Numbered from the stretch's first letter, positions 25,515-40,234 are shown. The stretch: 64,000 bases of DNA from Mobula birostris (GCF_030028105.1 NC_092374.1:60577377-60641376); one strand, 5' to 3'. Program-made: numbers and translations. The notes: generated from the sequence alone by a model not told the origin.

Positions 25515-25920
25515 AGTGTTGCAGATGTAAGTGGGAAGGGACTGAACCAAAGGGGATCAAATGGAGTCGAGGTATGAAGACACGAGTTCAGCGGGGCACA
25601 GGCAAGCAGAGACAATGGGCCTACCTGGACAATCAGATTTGTGGATCTTGGGTAGGAGGTAGAAGTGAGCAGTGCAGGGTAAGAGAACTACAAGTTTGCT
25701 GACAGTGGATGGGAGTTCTCCAGAGTTGATGAGATTAGTGAAGGCATCAGAGACAGTTCTCTGATGGTCTGGAGTGGGGGTCCTCTTCAAAGGGTAGATA
25801 TGTGGTATCTGAGAGTTGCCACTTGGCCTCAGCAAAGTAGAGGTCACTTCGCCACACTACAACAGCATCCCCTTTATCTGTGGGTTCGATGGTAAAGTTG
25901 GGACTAGTGAGGAGAGAGTG
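25515..25920 (-). mobile_element. Penelope-like element, RT fragment
   Basis: ORF 25557-25847: FYLLPKIHKSDCPGRPIVSAC.CP.ELVSSYLDSI, containing the PKIHK...RPIVS signature of Penelope RTs. Confidence 0.85.
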
Positions 25921-27336
25921 GCAGCCAGCTTAGTTAGTGCATTAGAAGGAGAGTTATTCCTGGTATTGCATAAAGCATTTCTCTTTCAATTTACAGATCA
26001 CAATAAAATAAAAATCTCTATATAGGTTATCTGCTGGTTAGGGAGCTTGCTGTGCTGTATTACGTGAATTACTAGAGTGACATTTCAAAAGGTGCTCCAG
26101 TGGCTGTATAGTTCTTTGGGAATTCTGAATGAGATATGGAAGGCATTTAGGTAAATGCTAGCTTATTCCTTATGTTTTGACACAAAATAGTTTTTTTTAA
26201 AAACTTATGTTTATTAAGTAAATAAAACTGGCATTTCAGAAAAATAATGTCCAATAATATAACAATTTTATTCACAGAATTTTTAAAACACATCATTTGT
26301 GTTAAAAATGGGATTAAAAATTAGGAGCTATTTGCTGCTTACCTCAGAGAATGATGACCCTGATCTTGTAAACCATACCCACTATATTAGTATAATTGTC
26401 TATCCATACATTATTCTTAAGGAACAAAGCAAAATAATAAGCTGGTTTCTGCAACTGCAGAACTCTGGTATCCATTTGGTGTGATGTGTATACTTGGAGG
26501 GAGAAGTGTCAAAAGCCAAATAGCAGAGGATGGTTTGATTCATCAGCCTGTTAAAAGCCATTGAAAGTGTCTATAGCTCCCACAATGACATCCCTCACCC
26601 CCTGAGAATTCATAAAACTGGAGAAGTGAGTAATCCTTGACAATGAGGGACAGCCTGAAGAATGTGTGTAACTCGTACATGTCTATGCATCAGTGCATAT
26701 GCAGAGTATTGTAAGCAAGAATGAACATAATGGACAGAAGGGTAGGGCAAAATTCCCTACTTTAAAAATGCACACCTCTTGCAATAGAGACATTAAACAT
26801 CATTTCCTGTGACATCCGACTACCTACCAATTCCCAGTCTGAAAGTGCCCATTTGTTTTCTGTTACTTACCAATGTTCATACATTATCTCTAACTACATG
26901 CACTCACCTTGTGCAATAATTTCCAAATTCACCAATGACAGAAGTTAGGCTAATTATCCTGGTTTTCTGCTTTCTATTAGTTTCCTTTTTTTGAATAACG
27001 ACATTATGGTTGCTTTTTTACCACCCAAACTTGGAGAGCTCTCCAGAAGATTGTGAATTTTAGTAGATTATATTCACTACCACAGCAGGCAGCAAGACTC
27101 TAGAACACAGGCCATTCAGGCCCACAGGAGAGTTGACAGCCTTTCGCCCTTTCATTGTTATTGGGACAGTTTCATGTCTTTGATCATTAATTATTTAGAA
27201 TCACTGCCTTTTCTCTATTTCCTGTTCTCTGTCTTATCCTCCAAGGAATCTATATTTACTTTAGCTACTCTTCCTCTAATATGCTTTGATCATATTACTG
27301 TACAACCATCTCCATCCACCATATCCACATTTGTTA

Positions 27337-27800
27337 TAGAGTGGATTCCAGTTAATTGGTCCATCAGCTAATGGGGTAGCCACTTATTTGGGACAATTCT
27401 TCGCTCTCCAGAGCACTACAGAACCGCCTTCCTGGCCACTGGATCTCACAGTGGACCTCATCCACCCAGTCTGCTGGGTCTTACTTGACATGCTATGACA
27501 AGCATGTGCCTATCTCACCAGGATATAAGGCCTGCTGGCTAGCCTCACATAATCAAAGCGGTGCACCAGGATGTGCCTGCTGTCACATGCAAACAGCTCC
27601 TTGGATCCACACGTTAGATTTTAATTTAAAAACTAACCGAGCTTATAGTCAGGATTCCCTTCGTTTATTTGAGACACTAGTTGCTTAATTGAGACAGGAG
27701 ACCGTTGCTGAACGGGTTTTAACTAGCGTCAGATGCATGAACTTTTTGGTAATTAGACTCAAAAAGCAGTGATTTTTAATCACATAGTTTCATTCTGTAA
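27337..27800. mobile_element. Possible degenerate Tc1/Tigger-type MITE with an internal retroelement fragment
   Basis: GTGGATTCCAGTTAATTGG..CATCAGCTAATGGGG resembles a mariner/Tigger-like terminus; the other end was not located. Confidence 0.25.
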
Positions 27801-29864
27801 TTTTATGGAGAACAGGCTGTTTACTGGTATCTCAATGATTCAGATGTGACGTCAGACAATGAACATTAGCATGGAGAGCATCTAACCCTGTCTCCTGAAA
27901 CTTTACGATATATTTCCAGTTCCATACTAACCAGGACAACTCCATGATCAATTTTAACTTCGTGCTACACAAGCTGAAAACACTGAAGTCATGAGAAATC
28001 TGTATGCTACACAGCTTATGCTTGAAACTCAATGCCCAAAAAAATTATTGGCAGGATAACTCAGGAAGAATTATATTAGCTGTCCTTCCATGCACTCTGA
28101 CCAATAACTCGTCTCTGCAGTTCACAATTTTGATATCTTCACTGGCTTTAGTCGTATGGACTATAAAAGGTTAATGTTAAATTCTCTTAACATACAATAT
28201 CAATACAGATGAACTGATTAATCAACAGTAGTGTACTTCCACAAAGACAGAAGCAGTCTCTTCCTTCACATACATAGCAACTGAAACACGTTTTCAGTTT
28301 TAAATCCTAAACCTCAAAACATTGGAAACTTGACAATTTAAACATTGAGGTCTTAAAATTCAAAGACAAATGGAAATCTGAAATATAAAAAGAAAACTGT
28401 TGTAAATACTTGGGTCAAGCAGCATCTGTAGAGGGAAACAGAATTAATATTACATTGTTGATGCTTTATCCTAACTAGTTTCAAGTGTGGTTAAATATTC
28501 AAGACAAATACCTTGAACCATAAATCCTGTAAAAATACTTGCATAACCTGAAAAACAAACAAAGATTTATGATTATGAGGCACCCAGTCCTCGTTTATTG
28601 TCATTTAGAAATGCATGCATTCAAAAAAATGATACAATGTTCCTCCAGAAAGATATCACAGAAACACAGGACAAAGCTAGACTAAAACTAACAAAACCAC
28701 ATAATTATAACGTATAGTTACAACAGTGCAAAGCAATACAAGTAATTTGATAAAGAGCAGACCATGCAAATTTCTTAAAGTTAGCCAAAAATTAATTTGC
28801 CATTACAGAATTCATGTCTTCAGCTATTCAAACTTATGACTGATAGCTCCCAGCCTGCAAAAGATTTTATTACATACAGATTGAGAATCATCCATCTTAC
28901 AAAGTGGTTAAGTGGTTTCATGAATAATTCGACTAATACTACTTTCATTCACTGGACTGCAAAGTATAGTCAGAAGAGTACATATTAATATTTAACCAGT
29001 AACTGCTTCACAATAGAATGTATGTTACTCTTCATGTAAGCAGCAAATCAGTGAACTTAACACAAAATAAAAACTTAGCATGTCTACAAGTCTTCTTGTG
29101 TTTTTAATCATATCTTGTACAACACAAAAACAATGCACAATATTTGTCAAGTTGAAAGGCTTTATATTTCCTTGGCTACTATTTCAATGGCAAGCATCAT
29201 TGAAATGTAAGGGAATTTATATTTTGCCCCATGGATAACAACTTAAAAATGTCTTAGAAAATAATGTAAAGGACTTTCTAAAGAGACCAATTAATACAAA
29301 TCAGTATCTACACTCAACGCAACCCTCCTCCCATCTAACTCTGTCTCTACTTTAGCACATACTTTATGCAACTTCCCTACATTACTCCTGCGAAGGTACA
29401 ATTTCTTATTTACGCATTTTGCAATTCATTTTCAATTTATCACTAATGATAAGCCTACTTACCATATTTATATAGTTCTAATTTATTAGTCTTTCTCAGG
29501 TTATCTAATTAGGTCTCCTCAAAAGTGTTATCTGCAAATTCATGATATTTTTTTTTATAAAATCCAAATTGCTAATACAAGCTGACTGCAAGTGTGGTCT
29601 TAAGCCTTTATGCCTGTGGTCTTGGTCCTTCAACCTTTCTATCCCCATCTCCTACCATTCTCAATAACAACCCTTTAAGGTGCACTTTGAGACTTGTTCT
29701 ATTTTTCCTCTGAAATGCGGTGATCTTGTTTTATGAATTCATCTATTTTGTCAATTATGCAGCACATTTATTACAACTTACAGACTACCCTTTTTTATAT
29801 GTGACAAGGTTTTGTTCCCAGTTGAATATAATGCCTTTTATGCTCACTTTGAACAATAAAATAT

Positions 29865-31688
29865 GGAGGCACCTTCACAAACTCCCGTAGTGTCTGGTGA
29901 CCCTGTGATCATCAGTCTCTGAGGCTGACACAAGAGCATCCTTTAGGAGGGTGAACTTTCCTTCAGGAAAGCATCTGGCCCAGACAATGTACCTGGCCGA
30001 GTACTGAAGACCTGTGCTAGTCAACTGGCTAGAGTGTTTCCCTCTTGCTTCAGCAGTCTGAGATGGGCACTTGCTTCAAGCAGGCTTCAATTATACCAGT
30101 GCCGAAGAAAAACATGTCAAGGACCATCATCCAGTAGCACTTACATCCACTGAGCTTTGAGATGTTGGTGATGAAACATATCAACTCTTGCCTTTGGGGC
30201 AAATTGGATCCACTCCAATTTCCTCACCAGCACAACAGGTAAACAGCAGGTGCCATTTCATTGGCTACTCATTCAACCCTCAAACATCTGGACAGTGAAG
30301 CATACTGTACATCAGGATACTCTTTTTTGACACAGCTCTGCATTCAACACCATCACCCCCTCAAAACTAATCAATAAGCTCCAAGACCTTAGCCTCAAAC
30401 CCTTCTTGTGGAACTGGATCCTCATTTTCCTCACTTGGGTAACCTTAGGTAATTTCTAAAATAAGTATGTTCGGCACAGCATTGTAGGTCGAAGAGCCTG
30501 TATTGTGCTATAGGTTTTCTATGTTTCTATATTTGCAGACCCCAGTCAGTTTAGATTGGCAACATCTCCTCCACAATCACAAGACTATGTTTAGCCCAAT
30601 CCTCCTACTTGTTTTATACTTATGATTCTAAGGCTAAGTACATCTCCAATACCACTTAGGTTTGTTGGTGCTGCCTGGATCAAAGGTGGTGACAAATCAG
30701 TATTTAGGAGGGAGATTGAAAATCTGCCTGAATAAAGTCACAACAACAACAACAACAACAACCACTTACTCAATGTCAGCAAAACCAGAGCTGGTTATCG
30801 ACTACAGGAGGGGGAAACTGGAGATCCATGAGCCAATCCCCATCAGGGGATCAGAGGTGGAAAGGGTCAGCGAATTTAAATTCCCCAATGTTATTATTTA
30901 AGATTACCTGTCCTGGGCCCAGATGCAAGTGTCATTACAATGAATAAAATGGCAGCACCTCTACTTTCTTAGAAGTTTGCTAAGATTTGGCATGTCATCT
31001 AAAACTGACAAACTTCCATAGATGCATAGTGGTGAATATTCTGACTGATTACATCATGGCCTGGAATGGAAATACCAATGCCCTTTGAATGGAAAAGCCT
31101 ACAAGAAGTACAGAATACAGTCCAACCCATCACATGTAAAACCCTCCCCACTATTGAGCACATAAACAAGGAGCGCTGCACCAAGAAAGCAGCATCCATC
31201 ATTAAGTATCCCCACCAACCAGGCATGCTCTCTTCTCACTACTGCTATGAGGAAGGTGGTACAGAAGCTTTAGGTCCCACACCACCAGGCTCATTCACAG
31301 TTAATCGTTAGGCTCTTGAACCAGAATGGATAACTTCACTCATCTCAGCACTGAACTGATTCCACAACCCATGAACTCACTTTCAAGGACTCAACTCATA
31401 TTCTCAATATTACTTAGTTATTATTATTGGGTTTTTTCGTATTTGCACAACTCGTCATCTTTTACACATTGGTTGTCTATCTTTGCTGCATGCAGTTTTA
31501 CATTGATTCGATTGCATTTCTTTCTATTTACTATGAAAGTCCGTAAGAAAATTAATCTCAGGGTAGTATACAGTATTGTGCACAAGCCTTAGGCATCCTA
31601 GCTATATATACATGTGCCCAAGACTTTTACAAGGTACTGTATGGTGACATACATGTACTTTGATAATAAATTTACTTTGAACTTTGAT
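29865..31688 (+). mobile_element. Degenerate Rex1/Babar LINE (RT to 3' tail)
   Basis: [36 protein letters not shown] and EVERVSEFKF motifs. Contains a short CR1 tail at ~30440-30532 and an (AAC)n tract at 30740-30762. Tail AATAAATTTACTTTGAACTTTGA. Confidence 0.8.
31571..31639. mobile_element. 69-bp Tc1-type MITE in the Rex tail
   Basis: TA|CAGTATTGTGCACAAGCCTTAGGCA...TGCCCAAGACTTTTACAAGGTACTG|TA. Removing it restores the Rex tail GGGTAGTATA|TGGTGACAT. Confidence 0.7.
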
Positions 31689-32814
31689 TTAATTTCTAAT
31701 TTGATCTGCTCTCATATCTAACCCCACTAAGCATCCCAGTCTAGATGACTCATTTATTTGTAGCAGATTTATTTTTATTAAGTACAAATCACTGTCAAAA
31801 AATGTTATAAATATTTTCCAGTGTTGCTCCTTAGTTAGCAGTTAGATTTTCCTCTTTTCTCCAGTTAATTAACTTAGACTTTACCACATTTCTAATTTAT
31901 TACATTGGGAGACAAAAGACAATGCCTATTACATGGAATTGGTTAACAAAGTTGAACACAGGTGCCAACAAATAAAACCACAAATAGTTGCAATGTACAA
32001 TAGTCAGAGCAAAACATACTCAATGCTACAAAAACTTTAAAAACTAAATCTAAAACCTTATTGCCCATCTGCACTGCGCTTTCTCTGTAGCTCTTTTACT
32101 TTAATCTGTATTGTTATTGTTTTGACTTCTACTACTTCAAAGTACTGTGCAATGATTTGATCTACATGAACAATATGAAAGACAAGCTTTTCACTTTACC
32201 TCAGTACATGTGACAACAATAAAACAATTCCAATCACATTTCATAATTCCTTGCTACTAATTTTCTTATTCAACTTAAATTTACACGTATATCTGCAAAA
32301 CTATTTCATTGTTCTATTGTGCAATTTCAGGATACCTCTCACTTTTTAGCACAGATAACTTAGCCAAATTTGTGAAAGCCTGTTGTTTTGTTCATGCAGT
32401 TGAGTTTAGGAAGTTAATCTAATAACAACAGGATTTCCCAATTACGATCAAAAGGTGAATGGGTAGATACAAGAATTCTTCATTTCCACTTTAAGAACCA
32501 GGTACATAATTAAATAGACATTCAAACAATTTTCAGAGGGATTAAAATAGATTTCTTGCATTTTTTCTTAACTATTAATACTAACATGATTCCAATTAAC
32601 TAACAATAGCTTATAAACCCATATAAAATGAGACAAATACAAACATTCTCTGAATGGAATCCAAATTACAATTAAGTCTGTGGAAGCATTCACCTCTGAT
32701 GTCTTTGTGCCATTGAACTAGATCATACCCAAGCTGCGACTCATTGTATTCTACCTTTCATCTGAACGCAAGATTACTGCATATAAACCTATTAACCTCA
32801 AAATTGCAAATTTC

Positions 32815-32886
32815 AAACGTCGACTGTACCTCTTCCTAGAGATGCTGCCTGGCCTGCTGCATTCACCAGCAACTTTGATGCGTGTC
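32815..32886 (+). mobile_element. Penelope-like terminal fragment
   Basis: AAACGTCGACTGTACCTCTTCCTAGAGATGCTGCCTGGCCTGCTG..TTCACCAGCAACTTTGATG is nearly identical to 57116-57185. Confidence 0.75.
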
Positions 32887-33996
32887 ACCCAGGATCAATT
32901 GTTTTTTGGTGGAATCGGGGGATGGAGAGCTTAACACTACCCATTTTAAATAACTGCTCTATCCAAAATGACAAACATCTACTTGTTTTCCACTAAAAGA
33001 AAGTTCGATGTTGCAACACCTACTGAATCTTTCCAGTACTCAAATGACTTTCATAATTATATCCTTTAAATCCTGAGGCCCTATTTTCCTTGTTCAGTTG
33101 TCAAAACCAAAGGTCATAGGTGTAAAGTCATTGGTAATGTTAGCAGGGGAGATGAAGAATTATAATTTTCATCCTGCACATAGTGGAGGTTCAAAACCCA
33201 AGAAGACTCCCTGCATTTATAGAATACATGGATACATACTTACAGACCCATGACTGCAAGGCTGCAAATCAAGCACAAGAAGTGAGATTAAACTGGAGAG
33301 GTTGTTTTCAGCCATTCCATGAGAAGATATGGCTGAATGACCTGCATTGTAAACATTCTATGGTGTATCAGCAAACTCCTTACAAGGCTAATCCCATTAA
33401 GGAGAGTCTTCCAATAAACCTTCCATTCCCTCAGTTATAGTTTCTGCATCACCACAATTATTCCATTTCCTATATTTTTCTCACTGCTCTTCAACAAACC
33501 CAGATAATTGTTATCCATATTTTTTTGTGTTTCATTTTCAAATTTCCCCACCTCTGATTTTTAAAAAAATCATGAACATTAAAACCCAGACGCTATCTGG
33601 TCTGTCAAGCATTTTGGCACTTAGCTTTTTTAAAAAAAATATTTCAATAGGATATTTGATTCTTTTTGTATTAATAGTGACTTTTATTGATGTATTTATA
33701 TGAACATCTAAATCTCTGACATGCCTCACAGCTTTCCTCTGATATTTACTCAAAGAGAAAATACGGGGTATTTTCTCTCTTGGACAAAGTGAAAGTGATC
33801 ATGCTTCTACATGATCAGACATTTTCCACAGTAGTGCGAAATGCAAACTTCTGAGTACATCTCGCCATACATTCAAAGTGATTCCTTAATGTATACAACA
33901 AAACACTTCAGAAATTGGAGCCATCAGGCAGGATCTTGGAAGCATAAATTAGAAACAGATGTTCTCAGGGAAACGTACCGAAGAGATGTGGCATGG

Positions 33997-36037
33997 AGTT
34001 CTACATAGGTACATTCCAATGAGACAGGGAAAAGATGGTAGGGTACAGGAACCGTGGTGTACAAAGGCTGCTGTAAATCTAGTCAAGAAGAGCTTACAAA
34101 AGGTTCAAAAAACTAGGTAATGATAGCGATCTAGAAGATTATAACGCTAGCAGGAAGGAGCTTAAGAATGAAATTAGGAGAGCCAGAAGGGGCCATGAGA
34201 AGGCCTTGGTGGACAGGATTAAGCAAAATCCCAAGACATTCTACAAGTATGTGAAGAGCAAGAGGACAAGATGTCAGAGAATAGGACCAATCAAGTGTCA
34301 CAGTGGAAAAGTGTGGAAAAGGAAGAGACAGCAGAGGTACTTAATGAATACTTTGCTTCAGTATTCACTACGGAAAAGGATCTTGGCGATTGTAGGGATG
34401 ACTTGCAGTGGACTGAAATGCTTCAGCATGTAGATATTAAGGAAAAGGATGTGCTAGAGCTTTTGGAAAGCATCAAGTTGGATAAGTCACTGGGACCGGA
34501 TGGGATATACCCCAGGCAACTGTGGGAAGCGAGGGAGGAGATTGCTGAGCCTCTGGCGATGATCTTGGCATCATCAATGAGGATGGGAGAGGTTCCGGAG
34601 GATTGGAGGGTTGCGGATGTTGTCCTCTTATTCAAGAAGGGGAGTAGAGATAGCCCAGGAAATTATAGACCAGTGAGTCTTACCTCAGTGGTTGGTAAGT
34701 TGATGGAGAAGATCCTGAGAGGCAGGATTTATGAACATTTGGAGAGGCATAATATGATTAGGAATAGTCAGCATGGCTTTGTCAAAAGCAGGTCGTGCCT
34801 TACGAGCCTGATTGAATTTTTTGAGGACGTGACTAAACACATTGATGAAGGTAGAGCCATAGATGTAGTGTATACGGATTTCAGCAAGGCATTTGATAAA
34901 GTACCCCATGCCAGGCTTATTGAGAAAGTAAGGAGGCATGGAATCCAAGGGGACATTTCTTTCTGGATCCAGAACTGGCTTGCTCACAGTAGGCAAAGAG
35001 TGATTGTAGATGGGTCATATTCTGCATGGAGGCCAGTGGTGTACCTCAGGGATCTGTTCTGGGACCCTTACTCTTCGTGATTTTTATAAATGACCTGAAT
35101 GAAGAAGTGGAGGGATGGGTTAGTAAATTTGCTGATGACACAAAGGTTGGGGGTGTTGTGGATAGTGTGGAGGGCTGTCAGAGGTTACAGCGGGACATTG
35201 ATAGGATGCAAAACTGGGCTGAGAAGTGGCAGATGGAGTTCAACCCAGATAAGTGTGAGGTGGTTCATTCTGGTAGGTCAAATATGATGGCAGAATATAG
35301 AATTAATGGTAAGGCTCTTGGCAGTGTGGAGGATCAGAGGGATCTTAGGGTCCAAGTCCACAGGACACTCAAAGCTGCTACGCAGGTTGACTCTGTGGTT
35401 AAGAAGGCATACGGTGTATTGGCCTTCATCAACCGTGGGATTGAGTTTAAGAGCTGATAGGTAATGTTGCAGCTACACAGGACCCTAGTTAGACCCCACT
35501 TAGAGAACTGTGCTCAATTCTAGTCGCCTCACTACAGGAAGGACGTGGAAACCATAGAAAGGGTGCAGAGGAGATTTACAAGGAAGTTGCCTGGATTGGG
35601 GAGCATGCCTTATGAGAATAGGTTGAGTGAACTCGGCCTTTTCTCCTTGGAGCGATGGAGGATGAGAGGTGACCTGATAGAGGCATACAAGATAATGAGA
35701 GGCATTGATCGTGTGGATAGTCAGAGGCTTTTTCCCCATGGCTGAAATGGCTAGCATGAGAGGGCATTGTTTTAGGTGCTTGAAAGTAGGTACAGAGGAG
35801 ATGTCAGGGGTAAGTTTTTTTTATGCAGAGAGTGGTGAGTGTGGGGGATGGGCTGCCGGCGGTGGCGGTGGAGGTGGAAACAAGGTGGTCTTTTCGGAGA
35901 CTCCTGGATAGGTACATGGAGCTTAGAAAAATAGAGGGCAATGGGTAAACTTAGGTAGATCTAAGGTAAGGACATGTTCGGCACAGCTTTGTGGGCCAAA
36001 GGGCCTGTACTGTGCTGTAGGTTTTCTAGGTTTCTAA
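33997..36037 (+). mobile_element. 5'-truncated CR1 LINE (RT pseudogene)
   Basis: KS.GPDGIYPR, PEDWRVADV..LFKKG...PGNYRPVSLTSVVGK, QHGF...RSCLT.LIEFFE, DFSKAFDKVPH, SGVPQGSVLGP and KFADDTK; frameshifts and stops; tail GTTTTCTAGGTTTCTA. Confidence 0.95.
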
Positions 36038-36152
36038 GTTCAGGTACAGGAATGAATTGTCATGCCAGAAATCAGTATTGTGGCATGACTACATTCGCTT
36101 TCAGAGGATTTGCGGGAAACAGTACAGTAATACTAGTTACAGATAAATGTAA

Positions 36153-36784
36153 TTTCTAGAGGAATAGAGCATAGGAGCAGGGATGTGATGTTGAGGCTCT
36201 ATAAGGCGCTGGTGAGACCTCACTTGGAGTACTGTGGGCAGTTTTGGTCTCCTTATTTAAGAAAGGATGTGCTGACGTTGGAGACGGTACAGAGAAGATT
36301 CACTAGAATGATTTTGGGAATGAGAGGGTTAACATATGAGGAACATTTGTCCACTCTTAGACTGTATTCCTTGGAGTTTAGAAGAATGAGGGGAGACCTC
36401 ATACAAACATTTCGAATGTTGAAAGACATGGACAGAGTGGATGTGGCAAAGTTGTTTCCCATGATGGGAGAGTCTAGTACAAGAGGGCATGACTTAAGGA
36501 TTGAAGGGCGCCCATTCAGAACAGAAATGCGAAGAAATTTTTTTAGTCAGAGGGTGGTGAATCTATGGAATTTGTTGCCACGGGCAGCAGTGGAGGCCAA
36601 GTCACTGGGTGTATTTAAGGCAGAGATTAATAGGTATCTGAGTAGCCAGGGCATCAAAGGTTATGGTGAGAAGGCGGGGGAGTGGGACTAAATGGGAGAA
36701 TGGATCAGCTCATGATAAAATGGCAGAGCAGACTCAATGGGCCGAATGGCCGACTTCTGGTCCTTTGTCTTATGGTCTTATGGT
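36153..36784 (+). mobile_element. CR1 LINE 3' fragment (different subfamily)
   Basis: ORF 36185-36691: LYKALVRPHLEYC.QFWSP...VQRRFTRM...RR.RGDLI...TRGH...FFSQRVVNLWN; tail TCTTATGGTCTTATGG. Confidence 0.93.
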
Positions 36785-37129
36785 AACTTGAAGATTACCA
36801 GTTCCATGAAATGATTATGACTGTGACCTGATTCATCCAAGTTACTGTACAGATTACACAACAAAAAAATTGATGACAAGTATTTTCATCTCAGAATAAC
36901 TAGTGCCTACTTGTAAATGGAATCAAAGTTTTTCAAAGAATTGTGTAAATCCAGAATGAATGTCGATTACAAAGATTTGTTTTGTACAAAATGCTTTATC
37001 ACAAGTGTTTTGTAACATCATTTTTGACTACATGCTTTCCAATTTCCCTCAAATTTATAACATGATTTTTTTTTTAAAGTTTAATTACATATGCAAGTGA
37101 AAGAGGTCAATCATTGGAAAAACTACTCC

Positions 37130-38110
37130 TTCATACTTCAGAAGCAAAATATGAATTGTTCTTTGTTAAACAAGTCTTCCCCAAAGCATTCTTCTAACAC
37201 ACAGTTCATACTCCAAGACATTTCAATCTCACTTTGAAAACACGTCTTCCCCGTACTATTAAAGCAAACATATCCTCCATACTCAAGACAACACAAATGA
37301 CATAATGAAAAGAAAAGAAGAATGTTTGTAGCTAGGTAGCTCCTTGATTTCAATCATTACCAAACCAATTCTGGTCCATTGTGGTACAGAAGCCAAGAGC
37401 CTGACAGCTAACAGGTTGTTTGTGAGGTTCTGTCTATGGAAATGTTTTTGTAATGCTTATGTTTGGAGCTATTTTGATGAATATAATAGAGCAGATTAGA
37501 TTGTAGTCATTCCAGCAGTTATTGATACTCAAAATGGCATGCAATATGATCTTTTTTTGCTACTTTCCTTGGATAATTATTTAAACTAACAGGTGCCAGC
37601 AAAGTTGTCATGAAGTCTTGTATTTCTTCAGCTGACAAAATGTTGGCCATGTCAAAAATGAAATCAAACCATTTGTCGGGAGGAGAAACTGAAGTTAGCT
37701 TCCCTATCTTCCTTGCCAATCACAGCTTGTCAGAACGTTGTATTATTTCCCACCTTGGTATGAGGTCACCCAAGAGCAGTTTGTCCTCCATTGAGATGCA
37801 CACGAGGGTTTTTATAGTCAAAATATAGAAAGCTTTAGCTGCAGCCACACTTAAAAACTGAACGGAAAGACTTTCAGATTTCTTCAGGACACTGCAAGCA
37901 CCTCAGAATTAATGACACACATTGGAACTGTTCGCAGAGCTGCAAAATGAGCAGGACCACAGACAATTTAAGCTCAGCAAGCTTCAAATACAACTCGATA
38001 ACGACAAAACTTGTTTCCACTCTGTGTGACTATAGTAAAACATGCACCTGAGTCGTAGTGCAAAACAAGAAATGTTCAAGTGTGAACTGCTGCAGTCCAA
38101 AACCAGTTAC
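37130..38110 (-). mobile_element. Possible ancient Ac/ZBED1-like hAT transposase remnant
   Basis: The minus strand shows, in the expected order, frameshifted C..AH.LQL-like (~37950), D..PRW-like (~37760) and W....LL.P-like (~37600) motifs. Highly decayed. Confidence 0.3.
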
Positions 38111-40234
38111 TGTATAGATAAATGATTTGGGAAACATTTTGATGTGCCAAGTCCAAAATCTCCTCAGGCTATGGGAATCTAGGATTTCAATTACAAAGTT
38201 ATGGAACTAAATTAAGTCTAAAATAGTGCAGTTATTTCACTCATCAGTCATAGTTTCAATGAATGGTACATCTATCACCCTCCTTCACTTTCTATAGAAA
38301 GGGTTTAATTACCCTCCAATCCATCCGCAAGATTTAAGTAACTCCAGTGTCACAATTTAAGCATACAAAGAAATGATAGCATTGCCTATTCTTTCCTTCA
38401 TGATCACTTGGTTAAAACCGTTGAAAATCAGTTGTGCATTTCAGAACCCACAACTACTAAGATACATTCTGCAATTTTTTTAAAAAAGTGACTTGAAAGC
38501 ACAATTCACCACCATTGTTTCCTATTTTGATAAGAATTAAAACCCAAAAAGCTGACCATAAACTCAGTGTGGCCCTAAAATCAATCCTTTAACAATGACT
38601 AAACATGATAAAAATCTCAGTAAACTGTCACACAAAGGTAATCCAAAGGAGTTTAATTCAGGCAACATGAAATGGTTACATGATTACTTCCAAAAGCAAT
38701 GGTTGCACAGAGGATCTGAAACACATTGCAAATTTTAAAAAACGTAATGCCCATAAAGAGAAAACTGAAATCCATTTCAAAAACCAGCAGTTCTCAAACC
38801 TTCATTACACTTGCCTCAAAGATACTAAGTGACCTGATTTGAATTTTCCAGGACTTTAGTTTTATTATATTTGCAATTTCACTACTTTTATACTTGGCCA
38901 TTCCCTGTTCTACAAAGTGCAAACCTGAAGTTGTGTACAAATCCGTTGGTTAACTACTAACCTACATCAGTCATAGCCTTGATTCATCCATCAAGCCTAT
39001 GCTTGCTGGCATATTACATTGTACTGCATCATTACCTCAAAATTAAAACTCCATGGCCATTCCCTTCTTGTTGCTTTAATCAACTCCAAGATGTCTGTAC
39101 CCAAACTTTGGACTCCTGATCATCCTCAAATTTAATTGCTTCAATGATATTGGCATCCAGTTGCAGGACACCTCAACTTCTCGAAAATGGAATACTCTCA
39201 TTTATTTGAATGTGTGCAGCTAACAACCATAAAAATTCTCAACTATTCAGTACAAAGCATCTAGCTCACTTTTCATGCCATCTACTAACTTAAACATTCA
39301 TTAACTACAAAGTGGAGTGCAGTGGCTTTTGTGTGTACTATCAATAAAGCACAACGTTACTCACCTGTGCAGTTGTGAGCATACTCACATATGCCACAAA
39401 CCTACAACCTCCACCACTGTACAGGATTAGGCAGCATTGATTATCAACGGATTTTTTCCCCCAAATGATATACCACCCCAACTTGGAAACATATTTTCAT
39501 CCTTTCAATGCTGGTGGGAGAAAATCCCAGAATTCTATACCAACAGCACTGTAGGAATGTCTTGGCCAAATGAATGCAGTAACTCAAGGTAGCTCACCAA
39601 CACTACGCTAAGGGCAGTAAGGGGTGGATATAATGAGAAATTAATAGGTAATGCTTAAAAGGTCAGTGCAAAATCACTTGCTGAAACAAAGATAATAAAA
39701 CAAAGCTATAATTTGCTAGTTTGTTTTTTTTAAAAAAAGCACTAGAGAAAGATTCTCCACCTTCACCAAGTTACCAGGTGGTGCTCATGCACTATTCTTA
39801 CAATTACTGTCAACACCCAAATTTCTTTATAACCATGACAAACTATTATAACTGTAGTTAACTTTCCATAGTTACAGAACAAGGCACACCCAAAGGACAA
39901 GCTTCTGATACACAAAATTTACTGCAGTGTGACTCACCAGGTGTAGGTCCAGTGAAACAAACCACCTGAAACAAAACCACACATTCCTAACTTGCAACAA
40001 GACCTCTGACAAGCACTTTAGAACTTAAACCAACCTGTACTTCTCCTTTGCTTGGCTCTTTTCCTTCCCCTGTCTCCTTCCCTCTCAGTGCACCACTAAT
40101 TCAAAAATCTAGCGATGTTTACAGAAATTTCAGTAATAATGCAGAGGTGCAAAGTCAGAATTTATTTGATTCATACTAGAGTGAGTGTATTATATTTATA
40201 TATACAATTACAAACACATATAGATTTAAGATTA

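Noticed and set aside
12473-33753. Numerous 60-110 aa ORFs outside recognised elements
   Set aside because: No recognisable domains or splice context; their composition is what chance ORFs in AT-rich or repeat-UTR DNA look like.
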